Origin: Raillietiella orientalis
Taxonomy: Eukaryota
Direction: 5' to 3'
Length of the DNA: 64,000 nt
Assembly (NCBI GenBank): GCA_036172245.1
Contig: JAYWIR010000053.1
Location: 868,001 to 932,000, forward strand
This document shows positions 38,400-51,745 of the stretch, piece after piece. The notes beneath the pieces were generated by a model, which did no database searches, was not told the DNA's origin, and worked only from the letters and a program-made list of their open reading frames with translations. A program made the position numbers and the translations under genes. Numbering within the stretch: the first letter of the stretch is position 1; each line of letters starts with the position of its first letter.

Positions 38400-41300
38400 T
38401 CTTAGATCACAGTACAGGAGGGCTTTTACTTGAGATCAGCAACTTTTGACTGCATGCATTTGAGTTTGCATGTGCTATTGGAGAGGGTGGTTACGATGCA
38501 TCTCCCTAGTCCCAAGCAGGTGGGTAACAAGACAGCATCCCGAGAAACTCTTTGAACGATCTCAAACGCTCCCACTTTGGCTTCCGATATGCAACTCTGA
38601 AAAGGTTGAGCAAATAAGTTTCGGGGCAACGCAGCCTCGTTGCCTGGGAAGCCAAACTGAACGCTTTGCATTTCGAGGTGGAAGGCTGATAAGAGTGGTG
38701 AGTGTGACAAGGCTTCTGCAGCCGCTTTGAGGCCATGAGTGTCCGATATCAGTTCAGGAATGGAGTATCACTAAGAAGCGACCTGAGGTGCCTTCAGCTT
38801 GCAGCCGATTTCGCGCTGAGCGGCTTACAAAACTTTTTCCTTCCTTTCCGATGAAACATTTGCCAAATATTTCAATAATCACGTATGTGTACAAATTCAT
38901 TGCATTCATGCGCCCCACAGCGGTATTCTGGATCTCAAAAAGGCAGGATCCTGCTACAAAATATGTCATCATGACGGGCAGTGGTTTCCTAAAAGACATT
39001 CTAAGCGTTTCCAATCTGATCGCAGATTCCTCGTGGTTCGGCTGCATCGGAGGAACGCCAGACTGCGTGGTTTTCCTTCCCTTCCCAGCGGCGCGCCTTT
39101 CGGTCCAGAGGCGAAACGATGGTCATTTTCGGATGCACTGAATTCCATTGTGCCACGTGCTCACATGGTCCCCACTCCGTCCCAAGTCTCTGCGCGAAGC
39201 CATGCGCCGAACCCACGTGAAGTTGACAGGGGTTTTCCCGCGGATGAATCGCCCTTCCCTGAAAACACTGCCTCGTATAAAAGCCTTGGCGTTAATCATG
39301 ACTGGGTCTTTGAGGAGTCTCATCTTTTCGACATCCTCTGCAAGACTTGCGCGAATCGTGCCAACTACTTCTGGGGCAGCGGGAAGCCCGACTTGGCGAA
39401 TCCCCACGTCAGAGGGTCCGCGGTGGGACATTCGTCTCATTAACACTTGCTGGATGCATCGTGCGCAAAGGACGGATATGGAATGCATCTTTCACTTTTG
39501 ATGCAAAAACATTGCTGGAGTCGTTAAGGGATAAATCTCTACTCATCCCTAATGCAGAAGCGCTCCTTCCCGTTCCCCTGTTCGCTTGAGATCTTCCGAG
39601 ACCTCGAGCTGCTGCTCGTTGCTTTCGGTAACACGAAATAATTGAAAGCCATCCTTGCATAAATGGAACAGGAATAACCAGGGCTATCTTCCCTGGGGAG
39701 TTACTAAATAAGGATATTTTTCCTGATGCAAAAAAGAGGAGGACGGATGGAGTGGATCGAAGCTTCCAAGTTCACGCGCGGATGATTTGAAATGTTTGAA
39801 ATTCCCAAAGCGACTCCCTTGAAGAATGCAGCCTGCGTCAAACGGGATCACTCCAGGAAGGACTTGGCTGTTGCTGGCTGCGATGCCTGTTTCGAAAAGA
39901 AATCCGCAACGGGAAAAATGCACCGGTTGCCATGGCACCGGGGGTGGCAGCCCAGAGGCTTCCGCGCTTGAATTTCTGTCGGCAGTCGGCGATGTGGTTC
40001 AGATGCGGTTCCGTCGGTAATCCGCTTAAGAAAACCGGCGTGAGGTGCAACGGACTCGTAAAAGTGGGCGATCGAATATGCACGTTCGTCCGTGACACTT
40101 TTATCTTTCTCCAGGGTATCCAAAATTAAAGAAGCATTCCCAAAGTAATAAACGCTTCCTACGGAATTTGTCCGAGATAGCGTTATCGGCGAAAACACTG
40201 AACTCCGTGAGCTGAAGAATCAGCAAGAGCCCGCGAAGGAAACTGCTAATGCTGTCGTAAATTCGGATTCCATCTCGTGTGATACGTTCGCGTTTGGTCC
40301 TCGCAGCAACGTTCACGAGAGTGAGATTGCACGGCAAGTGATTTTACACGCCGGTGATCTGCAGTGCGTCCAGTTAAGCATGAAATGGAAGGCGGAGACG
40401 CGTTTTTCAGGGACCCTCTCAGGGAAGAGATGGAGGCGAAGGGTGTGCCTTCCCGCGCGGGGCGGAGGAAGACTCTCTCCGCGGCAGTGTCTCTGCGGTG
40501 GTCATCTTAGCAGCGTGCTCCTTACAATTAACATCTGAGCTTCCATGGAAACAGCGACCGGTTTTATCCTTCAGACCATTGGACGGAAAGATGCCGATGC
40601 GGATGTTCTTTCAGGTGGCAGCGTTGATAAACCGCAAGACAAGAACACCATTAAAATCGTTCCATTTTCGAGACCGTCCGTGCGTACATGCCCGGGGATG
40701 CGAGTTGCAGATTAAATGCTTTGCATTGACGTTTGATGAGCGTTCCGTTCAACCGCGCGGCTATCAGTCCTATGAGGTCGCTGCGCTTTCTTCTGCCCAG
40801 CTTGTTTCCCTTTGCTGGTGGTAAATGCATCGGCTATAAGCAGGAGCTCCTGAACTCCGACGTCTGACGACGGAGGGAAGAGGCAGGGCGCCTCTTCCCG
40901 AAGCATTGCCTCTTCCCATACGCGCGGAAGGTGGCCTCCTGCAAACCGTGAGATCGTCTGCGGCACAAACTGCGCTTGCAGTGTTTTCGGGCTTTCGGGT
41001 GACCTCAAGGAAGCGCGTCTAGCATTTCTTCGTACATTTTCTTCTGGTCTAGCATTTCTTCATCGATTGCTGCATCCCATTCTGCTTTGTTTCCCGAGGA
41101 CGGGTGCAGCCTGTCTCGCAGTTTGTACTCCCTACACTCGGAAGAGCTTCCCCGGTTCGCGAAAACTTCAGTCGGTGAGGAGAAGTAAATAACAGGGGAT
41201 TACGGTAGACAATCGGCATCCAGGAAGGCATCCAAATGAAAGAAAGTTCCTCCAGCTCGTGTTCACACTTGTCAAGCTTTATTGCAATCTACGGTGGAAT

Positions 41301-42290
41301 TCCATCGAAATGAACTCTCTAGTCTGCTGATATTGCAGTTGTCTTCCGCTGCTCTGAAGCCGTTGCTCGTTTGCTTTTCTGTAGCAACTTTGGGCCGGGA
41401 TCGCATGCAGGCTCCGAAGGAACAGAAATCCCGCTTGTAAACGCGCATCTATAAATTCGTCCGGGGAGTTTCGAGATCGCAGTAACGTCGAGGGAAGCAC
41501 GACGCTTCCTATTTCGGGTTTCCCAGAAAATCGAACGGATTTCAGCTCGTCATGCCGTAGGTAAACAAGATAAATCAGCCCGATGCTGGTCGGAAAGCAG
41601 GGGTATCGGAAGGCGGCCCCTCTTCCTTCTCAACATCCAGGAAGCAAAGTCTGCTCCGATCTTGCTGTGGCTCGAACCAGAAAGACGCGGGAAAAAAAGA
41701 GACCATCCCGAAGCGTTTGGCATGGTGCTGCGAAATTGTATGCACCGATGCCTTTGTTTAGGCGAGACTAAAGTCTGCAAGGCAGGCAGATGCCCATCTC
41801 CATCTCTTGCTCTAATGAAGCCAGCATACTATCTGATCCCTAGCGATGATGTGTAAAAATTCCATGCTTTGCGAGTTTCGAAATGTACATGAAGGAGGAT
41901 ATTTTCTGTAGCGTAGGCAATATTTTTTCATCATGCTGAGAACTCTTTTTTTCACTACCATCATCCCCTTCATCGATGTACTTTGTGTTTCGGTCATAAA
42001 CCATGCATTACTTGCTGCCATCCAAATCTGTTATTTAAAATTATCTAGGCTGGCTTGGGAATTGAAACCATGGTGATTTGGGGGAAAAAAGCTGAGACTG
42101 TCCCCAATGATATTCGTAGCTGTCATCATAGAAGCAGTTCTCTGTCCGTGCGAAAGCTGTGCAAGATGAGAAACCCATGATGGGAGGAAATCCTGAAGTA
42201 ATCCTAGTAAGTCTTCTAGAGCAACTTTCCACCGGGATCGCATCCAGCCTCCGAATGAACAACAATCCTTGAGGTTAGCACGCTGCAAGG
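38400..42290 (-). mobile_element. Decayed near full-length L1 ORF2
   Basis: SPESPKTLQAQF..VWEEA, SVFADNAI, FGNASLI..EK, SRLT..KGV, VLPK, FLRC..DW in colinear order. Confidence 0.6.
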
Positions 42291-42430
42291 GAAAGAAATG
42301 GGACGCTTCCTCAAACTGTTCTTTTCTGCAAAGGAAAAGTGTTCTTTATTATCAGAGGCGCCTCTTGAGGGTTCATCAACGGGAGTTGCTCCGCAATCCC
42401 GAACGACCTAGCGATCACCTCGGAAGACCA

Positions 42431-42720
42431 TGAATAATAAGCACATTTGCTCATTCTACATAGATAAATATACAAATTTATTTTAATATATAAATAGTTG
42501 TTCCTATTAATTAGCACACACATAATTATCAGTAATATTACTGGAACAGATATATTCTATTTAGATCCCTTGACATGCATTTCATCAAAATAATATATTA
42601 GTTTCCCATATTATTGATACATACTGTTGATAATATGCATGTTAATAAGTATAATGAACAACATTATGCATAGTTTTCCATGCTTATTAACGTACATATT
42701 ATTCAGAGCAATATTATTGG
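42431..42720. other. Very AT-rich island with recurrent ATATTATT/AATAATAT motifs and imperfect terminal inverted repeats
   Basis: Abrupt composition change; tgaataataagcac (42431) vs reverse complement tgaataatatgtac (42692-42705). Confidence 0.6.
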
Positions 42721-42859
42721 AACTGGATATCTCCTTTGAGGCAACTGACCTCACTTCTGTAAGTGCACCCCTGGATTCCTTGCTGCCATATCAACTGAAG
42801 TGTCCGCCGGCTGGAGGCGGTCAGTCCATTCCAACCCCTGAAGGCAGATTCCTCTAATT

Positions 42860-44900
42860 TGCTCGTCGACCGTTCTTTCCATGTAAAAACCGGAAGTGGA
42901 TGCCCTGTTCTCAGTACTTCTGTGAGGATGAGATTGTTTAGTCTGTGTGGTCCGGGACTATGGATTCCGTGCGTCTCTCTGGAAAGAGAACCTGGCTGTT
43001 TCATACTAGCATCCTCACCTCCAGCAAAACATCAGCAAGCCTGGTGCTGTCCAGATTAGGGCGACCAGGCAGCACCACAGGATACTCTCAAAGCCTCAGC
43101 GTTCACCATTCTTGAGTTTCCGGGACACTCAAGCTGGTGCAGCAGAAGCGGCATGATGGTGATAAAAGAAAGATGCACCTGCTTTCAGGATGTGAGGTTT
43201 GCCGGTACGAACTATCTGTCCTTCCTCCCGAGAAGTTGAGCTACCAGCCACATGACTTCGGGAAGGATGGAGCAGACTAGTCTGTGATGTTCCCCCTGGA
43301 ATGCTCCTGGGGGTCCTGCGAAAGAACCTGAGGTGTAGAAGAGGAGTAGGTGGTCCACAATTCCGGAAGACCAATTCCCGTTTTCTAGGGAGTGAGACCC
43401 GCTCTACTCGACACGGTTCTCGCGTCTGCTTCTGGACCACGAACAGAGCGGCATATTCCGTTGCATGCGAAGCAGCTGCAGCACGACGCGAAGCACGCAG
43501 ATACATTTCCATTCATGATCTCCGCAGATCAGCTCAGTTGACACTTTGTCCCCTGCGGCGTCTCCTGGAGCTGTAGGACATGACGAAGTGGTCCCTCCTG
43601 GCCGCCACAACTCTTTCTGCAGCTCTATCTGTCCTTAGGACAAGAAAAGACAGAAAAGACAGTTGCCTACCAGAGGAGCGGGAGTTCTCCCGCACCGAAT
43701 TCCTGAGCGGCTGGGAGCCGAGCGAGCTGGTGAACGACGACGCTTCTCGTTCCCAGGCGAAGGGACTCCTTCAGTAGAAGAAACCTTAGTGCACGAACAC
43801 TTCGGTGTTCCGTTTGAGGTCGGGTTCTGTTTTTGCTCTGAGGCTTTGAGTGCGACCAGTATCTCCGAAGGAACTGCATCCCTGATCTGTCCTAGTTGAG
43901 AGATCGTTCCCTCACCTGCTTTAGGACTGCGGTGCTCTCCGGGAAGTTCGGTGGCCGAGGCTGTGCGAGTGACCACGAGCGAGATGGTGGGCTCCGCCTC
44001 TCCTCGTTCCCTGGCCAAGAGACCCCTTCGGTGGAGCGAACGTTCGGCTGCACCCCCGAAGGACTTGCGCTTCCTCCTTTTGCGTGCGAACACTTCGGTG
44101 TTCGTCCTCGAACTAGAAGCACAAGGTGCTGCTGCTCTGAAAGTGGGGTGTCCAGCACAACCATCGCCGGCACGTCGTTTCCGGGGGTGTTGCGTCCCTG
44201 AACTGTTCATGGTGATGGGCGATCGAGTCGTTCCCGTGCCTCCTGTTGGACTCTGGTGTCCTTCCCGAACTGCGTTGGAGGTGCCTCTGACGTCTCTGCA
44301 CCCTGGGGGCATCGGCGAAGATCTGCACTGAACTGTCGGTCGTATCTGAGACGATGTGCTGAGTTCGCGCCATCGTCGATAGCTTCACAGTGCTGGAGTG
44401 TCGGGCGCAGCCTACATGAAGGCGGCCTCACCTGGAAAAAGAAGCGAACGGAGGCCGTCAGCATCCGGCGCCGGTTACAAAATGAAAGAACGGCCAAAGC
44501 AGAAAAGACCTCGGTCTTCATTCTGCCTCTCATTTATTCATTTGCTGTTCCCTCCCATAGGTTCCGGACTTTCAGGGCAGCCGGCCTGTGGGTCAGCGAA
44601 TCCGCCACTAGAGCCTGCTGTCCGCTGGGAACCGGTTTCCCAGCCAGTTCGTTCCTTTTAAGGGAACGCTCCAACGTGACCGAGCGATAAAATCTCCATA
44701 GGAACAGAAGTAAAATCATGCGCCCGCATGAAAATTTGAACCCAGGCTTGCGACTCTTCAGAGGGCAGCGCCTGCCGAGCTGCGTTACTCTGGAGACCTC
44801 TCGAGAAGTGCAGCAAGATTTGGCGACAACTCGAAACCCATGCATCCGTCACCGGCGGGTAGTCACGACAGGCAAGAAGAGGAAGGGATTGCTATCTTGC
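42860..44900 (+). mobile_element. Decayed L1 ORF1 with duplicated tail and EN start
   Basis: WSRLVCDVPP..GVGGP, SRVC, VGHDE, then LNCRS at ~44330; tail subunits ~43720-43810 and ~43980-44105 are similar to each other. Confidence 0.5.
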
Positions 44901-45149
44901 TGACTGTGCAGAGAGAAAAAAGAAGAAAAAGAAGAAAGCGTTCGAGAAAGCTTATCTCTCGTCGATGCCTTTCGCTTTTTATGGTTGCCGCCTGCAAATT
45001 CACCATGGATGCATTAAATCCGCCGCTACCTTACGAGATTATCTCACAAGGAGTCCTTCGTGCAGCATGCACACAGTTCATCATCTAGAACCGTTTCCAA
45101 GGAGATGGCACCATCTAAATGCAAATAGCTTCCTCGTATTGAATGCTTT

Positions 45150-47600
45150 GTTATGATAATTTCATCTCTCGCATCTGAGAAAAGGAGCTCTCCTGCAACG
45201 GTAGCATCCGCTTCTCCCACAAGTCAGAGTGGGGCAGGAAAAAGTCTAAAACGCCGACGACCCATCTCAGGCTCGCAGTGATGATCAAAAAAGGCGAATT
45301 ACTTGGGTAGCTGCAGCAGCCCCGCCTCTCCGCAAATGCGGGTTCCCAAGTGGACAGTGACGTGACAACCACGGTCAAGAAGGCTGGGAAGCAACAGCAG
45401 CAGCAGCCGCCACACCGCGCGCTGCCCGGTCGGACAGCTGCAGCCCGCGACGGGACGGCGGAGACGAACTCTCTTCCACTTCGACGCAGTGTGCCTCTCC
45501 TGACAGCACGAAGTGCCGAAGCTCGGAGCCACGCGCGCGATCATTTCACGCGGCCGAGGGGCGTCTCCGGGTGGAAGAGGCCTAGCAGCCGACAAAGAAA
45601 CGCACGGGGGGGGAAGGAGAGGGGGCAGTCCCAAGAGCGCGTGCGCACGCTTCCGCTTATGAGGAATCTGTTCCCGTTTCCCGTAGACGACGTTGCTCCT
45701 TCGCACCGGTTGCGCCGCGCTTCCTTGCTCTTCCTGAACAGAAAATTCCGAGCCTCCCCTTCTCGAGGAGACCGGACGGAGGGAGATCCCCGTTTCTCGG
45801 AGCTTCCGGGAATAGCCTGGGAAGAATTCGCCCTTTGAAAAATCGTAAAGCTTTTTCTCGCCGGGTGAAGAGGACGTTCAGAGATCCGTTCTTGATTTTT
45901 TCGTGTTTCGTCAAGAATCACAGTCGCGGTGGCAAGGAAGTCGGCCACACGGAAGATGGTGCAGGGTTGCGTAGCCTTGGAGATGAGTGCAGTGATGCCG
46001 AAGAGAAACGCCTGAACGGAGGCGGGCGTGTACCATATCGGTGCGCTGCGGCGTGTCCGAATGACATAATGGGGACGCACTCCATCGATTCTGTGATGCA
46101 GGCCTTGCAATGCAAGCAGTGTGATGTACCGGATGAGTCACACTTCTAGAGAAGGAAGAAGAAAGTGAGTCCGTTCTGACAGAAGGAAAGGCTACCTGGG
46201 ATTCTCGAAAGTGCGACTGGAGCAGACTACTTCCAGAGAACAGCGGACGCCTAGCAACGTGAAGCCTGCTCTCCACGCTGCCAGCTGCCCGGCCTTACTC
46301 TTCGGCGCAGTTCATCTCCTCTGGAAAGATCCACTGCGAAGAGACGAAAGTCTTCCTCCTCAGCAGCGCTCGAGCTGGCAACAGAAGAGGAACGAGAAAG
46401 GAAGACGAGAGGGGATGCCGACCCCCTTCGAGATCAGAGCTCATCCCATGTGTCCGGGTGGCGCAGCTTCAGGAGAGTTGTCTGCCCTCACGGTTCCGTC
46501 ATCATGCTGGGCTCGTCTTCGGGCACAGCAACAAATGTGGCGTAGGAGCTGCATCAGCAGTGCCTTGTTTTACACCTAGCGCTTTTGGTTCGGAAGGTCC
46601 TGCTGACCACAGCACTTTGACGCCACGTGGTCCAGTGGATCTCACTTCTTCCGTCGCCTTCTCGGATCGCTGCATGCCGTGCTAGAGGTCAGTGCTGACG
46701 AAACGACCTCGGCGAACAATCTGAAAGCGCCTGTGATGCGATTGAATGCCTGTGCGAATTTCTAGCACAGATTTTCGGTGCAGGAGTACCGTTTTCTCAG
46801 GAGCAGCTGGGAACCGGAAGGATGACCGCGACAGACGACCTCGAGGAGAAAAACCGGCGTGCTCATGCCGCTCCCGTTTGCTCTTTCAGGTTGCTGGCGG
46901 CCTCTGCTCTGCGAGGCGAAAGCAACGGTCCTTTGGATTCCTCCCGGAACCGAAGAGTTCCGTGTGAAACTTGAATCGCTGTCAAGCACTGAGGGTTGAA
47001 TCTTCCCTCCAATGACGTCCGCCTACAGGTTTGCTTTTGACTCACGGTGCTGCTGAAGGAGTAGTCAGAGCATTTCCCTGGGGACCCGGTTCCTCTGCAG
47101 CCTCCAGAACAACGGTCTGTTCGGCGGTTCGAGTGAACGCAATGACCGGGTTCCACCAACGAAGAGCTCGGGAGTCCTGGATCTTATGAACTGGCAATGC
47201 GCAGCCGTGGCGAAGCAGCGCAAAGCGCTCAGAACGAATGCCGGATTCTTTCTCTTTCTTTGCGTCTGTTCGTGGATTTTGACGGAAGTCGACCTGCGGT
47301 GAAGCGTTCCTATTGGCGCTGGGGAGAAGGAACCTTTCCATCAGAAGTCCTTGAGCGGAGCTGTAAACTAGTGAGGTGACCCTGTCCTGCACTCGCAACA
47401 GATCTTGCTGCCATTCTGCACTGCATGGCCTTTGGTCAGTGGATTGCTTTCAGTCGAACGCTGACAGAAGTATCCTCGCCCACCGCGGTAGTCTACCAAA
47501 GTCCCAGAGAGGCGTGCTGCCTGCTGCCAAGCTATTTTGAGCAGAAACACTTCCATTGTCCTTTTCGGGGGGCTCCGTCGGCTTACCCAGGTGATCCGCA
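45150..47600 (-). mobile_element. Decayed L1 RT remnant
   Basis: RIDG..IRTRR..AFLF, VADF, IFQRANS..IPGSS in ORF 45541-46110. Confidence 0.45.
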
Positions 47601-47634
47601 TGTGTGGTCCGATGTGGACCGCTGTCGGTTCTCC

Positions 47635-48320
47635 ACAGCCCGCGTTGGCAGCTATGTGGATACAGCCTCCTCTAAGCGCGGCATCAGCCGGCGTGGGCTG
47701 GAATCCTGTCAGAGTAAGGATCGACGCTAAGAAATGGAGGGGTAAATCATTGGTGTCGAGTCCTTCACGCAGGATGACGCTGGTTGGCCTCTGCTGCCTT
47801 TGGATGCGACACTGGTGAACTCCAGATGCCCCCGTTGACTGGCTAGGATCGGAAGTCGACTCTCCGGGATCCTTCCAGGAAACAGGGAGCCCTTCGGTTG
47901 TGCAAATAGAACCATATTCTCCCTCGAAGGGGATCCTCTATGGATTGTCATGGAGCTGACTGATTGATACCTCTCCAGAGTATCAAGAAGCGCGCTGCTC
48001 CCTTCGGGGAGCGACCCTTCAGAGAAATTTGAAAGCGTCCCTTCAGAGAAGTATCAAGGAGCGGTTCCCTTGCGAGTTCCTTTCGGAGAAGAAACGAGGA
48101 GTTATTTCCTTCCGGGGATCCCTCAGGAGAGAACAAGAAAGAGGTTCCCTTCGGGAGTTCCCTTGCCAAGCACAAGAGGAAAGCACTCCTTCCTCCGGAT
48201 CCTTCCTGGATTGATCGAGTGATTTCTCTGGGGTACCCTCCATGACTTGCAGACGCACCCTCCGGTGGCGTGGACAGTACAAAGAGCTTCGTGAACCCCC
48301 TTTAAAGAATACCCCTAAGG
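47635..48320 (+). mobile_element. tRNA-derived SINE-like element
   Basis: Head, core ggaagtcgactctccgggatccttccagga, about five units including GCTCCC-TTCG-GGGAGC (47997-48012), tail. Confidence 0.8.
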
Positions 48321-48399
48321 AGTAGTTGGCGAACTTTTCAAAAAATGACGATGCTGATAAATTTACCTTGGAAGCCAAGTTAAAACAGAAATGGGCGTT

Positions 48400-49450
48400 C
48401 GCACTCTTGTCCGCTCCCACGGAGTCCTGGCCCTGCGTTTCCGGGACTGATGTTCAGTGACGTTGGTCACCTTCTCCGTAGAGTGCGCTTCTGCTCCTCC
48501 TCGCCGTTTCCAGGATTGCACTTGCTTATCAACCAGGGGTTGCAGAACCAGATCGGAGAATTCTGTTGTGCCGCGCTTCACCCATTCCGATCACCACTTG
48601 GTGTCCAAATCCACATATGAGGTCCATCTTTCCGTTTGTTGACAGCATAAAGCCATCCGCTTACTGCTCAGAAACTTTTTTTTTATCCACTACGGCTGCT
48701 GTCGACATTTTGTTTTTATCTTTCCCAACTGGCAATTCCAAACGATTCCACTGTTGCGGGCAACTTCACGGTGGAAAGGGAGGGGGAGGTTGCTATGGCG
48801 ACAGCAGGTAGCCAGAATTACCGAGCTAATTAGCCGTAATGGCTGAATTCGCACAGCTGGCTCACGAGGCCGTGCTTCCCTCAACGCTTTACCGCGTGCC
48901 AGTGGCGCTGGAATCTGATAAAACTTCATTTCACACCCATTTCTCTTTCTTGCGGGTCCTTTGGACTCCCAGCCAGCGCGACCCGCAGGCACCTCCTTCA
49001 GACCTCTGGCTCTTGGAAGCACAGCGCGAAGAAATCCGCCACGTGAACTACCGCTTTCGTGAAGGCCGAAAAAAATGCTTGCTGTCTCATGTTCCTGCCG
49101 TGGAAAGAGATCAGCAGGTCCCAACGGAATCGAATCGTCGTTCTCATCCTCCCCAGGCTGCCAGATTTTCTCGAAACGGCCCCGAGTCAGGGCCCACCAG
49201 CAAACAGATCCAGGAACCCCGGTGGAAAATGTGGGTGCGGAAGTTGGGCTGCTCTTGAGCTCGTCCCAGTGACGAGGATGGCAGCTCCTCCTTCGGTGAA
49301 TCTTCGCAATTTCAGTCAGCGTTCGCCATATGTCCTGAATTTGCCGAAAATTTGCTTTGACACGTGCTCAGCAGGTTGATTTAATTTCGGCGCGGCTTGC
49401 ACGCGCCCTCGGTCTCTTTTGATCTCGGATATTCCTGATGATTCCATGCC
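48400..49450 (-). mobile_element. Decayed L1 RT domain 6-7/thumb
   Basis: LHESG, KFYQIP, RLISSVILA..LP..IVW in ORF 48690-49124. Confidence 0.45.
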
Positions 49451-49999
49451 TTTACGGATTCTCCCTGCTCGCTAAAGTCATGTGGGCTAAGAAGAACGAA
49501 AAACGCCTCAGTGGAGACAACACTGTTCGTCGTGGCAAATTTTCCTACTCTCTAAACACTTATTACATTGAGTGCACGTCAGTATAGATGTTGTTGACAC
49601 GGGATGTTCCGTTGTCATCACACTCGGTTTACCCAGCCCTTCCTGTCTTTCCTGTTCTCTGTGGTCATCCTCGCTATAGAGGTGTACATGGCTGGACGAA
49701 GCATCCAGTATATGTTCTGAATATGTTGACCGTTGAAGCACATCATCTCTTTCTTAAGCTACGGCACTCGCAGACAGACCAAGGCGCTCGCCAAGAACTC
49801 CCTTCGTCTTTCCCCAGGTTCCAAAGTGAAAAGCACCAGCGCTTTCACCTGAGCAGGCACTCTCGAAGAGAAGTAGGGAGTCAGCTCCGGGTATTTGATC
49901 TCCTCTCTCTGCCTCGCTTCTGTCAGGGCTGCATCGCTGAAGCTCAAGGAAAGCTTCGAGTGTGATGACCTGATCCTTCGTCCTAGAGCGCCAGGTCCG

Positions 50000-50265
50000 G
50001 CCTGAGTTTCAGTCCGTGCTATTCGCGTCCTCCATTTGCGTTGGTTCACTGGATCGCCCTGTCTCCTGGCGATTTCCAGTCAACCGATACCTGGCCGGAG
50101 CCAGGGGGCATGCACGAAACATTCATCGGAGAATCCCAGATGTTCCAGTAGATCTGCTACATCAATACGTCTGTTGCACCAATGTCTAGTTACATCAATA
50201 TCTTGTGAACCAATGTCTGGCGCACTGATCTGTGGTACATCAATATGTCATCTGATATATCGATG
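50000..50265. repeat. Dispersed repeat with 17-bp subrepeat array, copy 1
   Basis: Matches 57960-58320 (tggttca.tg..accgatacct..gcatgcacgaa) followed by (GG)TACATCAATATGTC units. Confidence 0.75.
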
Positions 50266-50269
50266 CTCC

Positions 50270-51100
50270 GTAAACGGAAAGCAACATGTGGAACTTTGCT
50301 GCACTACGAAGGAAACCGGCTTCCCTCTGCCGTGAGTGTTTTTCTATGAAAAAAAACGATCCATTCTTGAAAAGAAACGAGCGGAATTTGGAGGCAGGTA
50401 TGTGCTTCATGAAACCATGGAAACCACTTCTCATTCGACCCATGTGATCAGGCTGCTCAGCAGTGCACCTCGTGACCTCACCGAACTGCTACGTGCCTTC
50501 CGAGTTGAGCGGGAAAAGACGAAAATGGGAAGCAACTGTCCTGCTATGGAATGCCCTTCTACAGTACAAGGACTCGAGAAAAGGTCAACTGCACTCAAGC
50601 GTAGTCTCCAGAAACCTGTGGCAGCGGCTAGCGACGCCACCATGGAAGCTGGTGACCGACTGCGCGCGTGGCGTTTGCATCTCATCGTGCGTGCGGAAAT
50701 GGAATTCAGCAAGTGGAAGAGCAGTGAAAGTCCTCCCCACCTTCCTCTTTAGCAGCTCCCTCGTGTCTTCGTTCGTCCACGCCTTTGGAAACGTCGCGAG
50801 CTTTCTCACAGAAGAGAAAGAGTGGAGGAATTCTCCGGGCAGCGCGTAGCCTCCCTCGCCGCATCGGCACTACGATGTCGGTGGATCTTTCGACGGCTCG
50901 TTCGGATCATCACGGAGAGGCGTGGCTTTTGCGGAAATGCTGGAGGGATTGCTCGATCTCTTGCAAAGATTTGCCGATGGTCAATGCCGCTCAGTGCCCG
51001 CTCCCATACAGCCATACAAGACTGAGTCGAGACCTCGCGAACCACCATGGGGAGTGGACACCTTCCTCCATGTCATGTCTTCCTTTCTCTGACAGGGTTT
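50270..51100 (+). mobile_element. Decayed L1 thumb region
   Basis: KRAEFGGRYVL..SAP..LLRAF..MECP in ORF 50336-50752. Confidence 0.5.
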
Positions 51101-51614
51101 GACGTCATTCACCTCTTTCGCAGTCCGCTCGCTGGCTGCAGGGACTCGCTAGCTTCAGCCTCCGCTAGACCTGGCAATCGATGCCATCATTACAGATGAT
51201 TTGTATTCAGCACGCAGACAGGGCGGCGATTAGAATGTCGAAGCGCGTTGCCCTGACGACCCCCATTTGTCGAAGTGGATTTGCGTAAGAGAACACAAGA
51301 AAAACGTGGATATCTACAGGGAGCGCAAACCAATTCTCCCTTGGCGTGGACCATGAAATGGATTTTAAATTCGGGCGTCTTCTGTAGGTTTTGAAGAGCG
51401 GGCACCCCGGATTTCGGGAGAACCGAACTGAAAAGCCGAGGGTGCTTGTTTCCCCCTTTTTGAGGGGTGACATCGAAATTTCGGTTCGTGTCCGTGGGGA
51501 TTCTTCGAACACCTTCCACTCTGGGGGGTCCGAAGGATTGGCTTCAGGCAATCGAGCAAGTGTAAGCCGTAGGATGTTTGCAAGCGTGGAAGAGAGAAGC
51601 CCCCGCGCGCGTCG

Positions 51615-51745
51615 TAGGAGGGTGAGGAGGAATGGAGAAGAAGGATGAGAAGAATGAAGAATGGGGAGGGAGGAGAATGAGTATGAGCATGTTGAGTATG
51701 ATGATGATTATGAGGAGGAGGAGGAATAGAGGAGGAGGGTGTGAG
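51615..51745 (+). repeat. Purine-rich GAG/GAT/GAA low-complexity tract
   Basis: Directly visible degenerate trinucleotide repeats. Confidence 0.85.

Noticed and set aside
38640..38770. Mutator/IS256-like transposase motif ISDTHGLKAAAE
   Set aside because: Isolated motif at the 3' end of a colinear decayed L1 ORF2; no other DDE motifs or TIRs
43075..43640. Tyrosine recombinase (IHDLRRSA resembles HxLR) of a DIRS or Crypton element
   Set aside because: The first catalytic Arg box is missing; the region fits L1 ORF1 better (W.RL.DVP, SRVC, VGH knuckle) and is followed by an EN-like start
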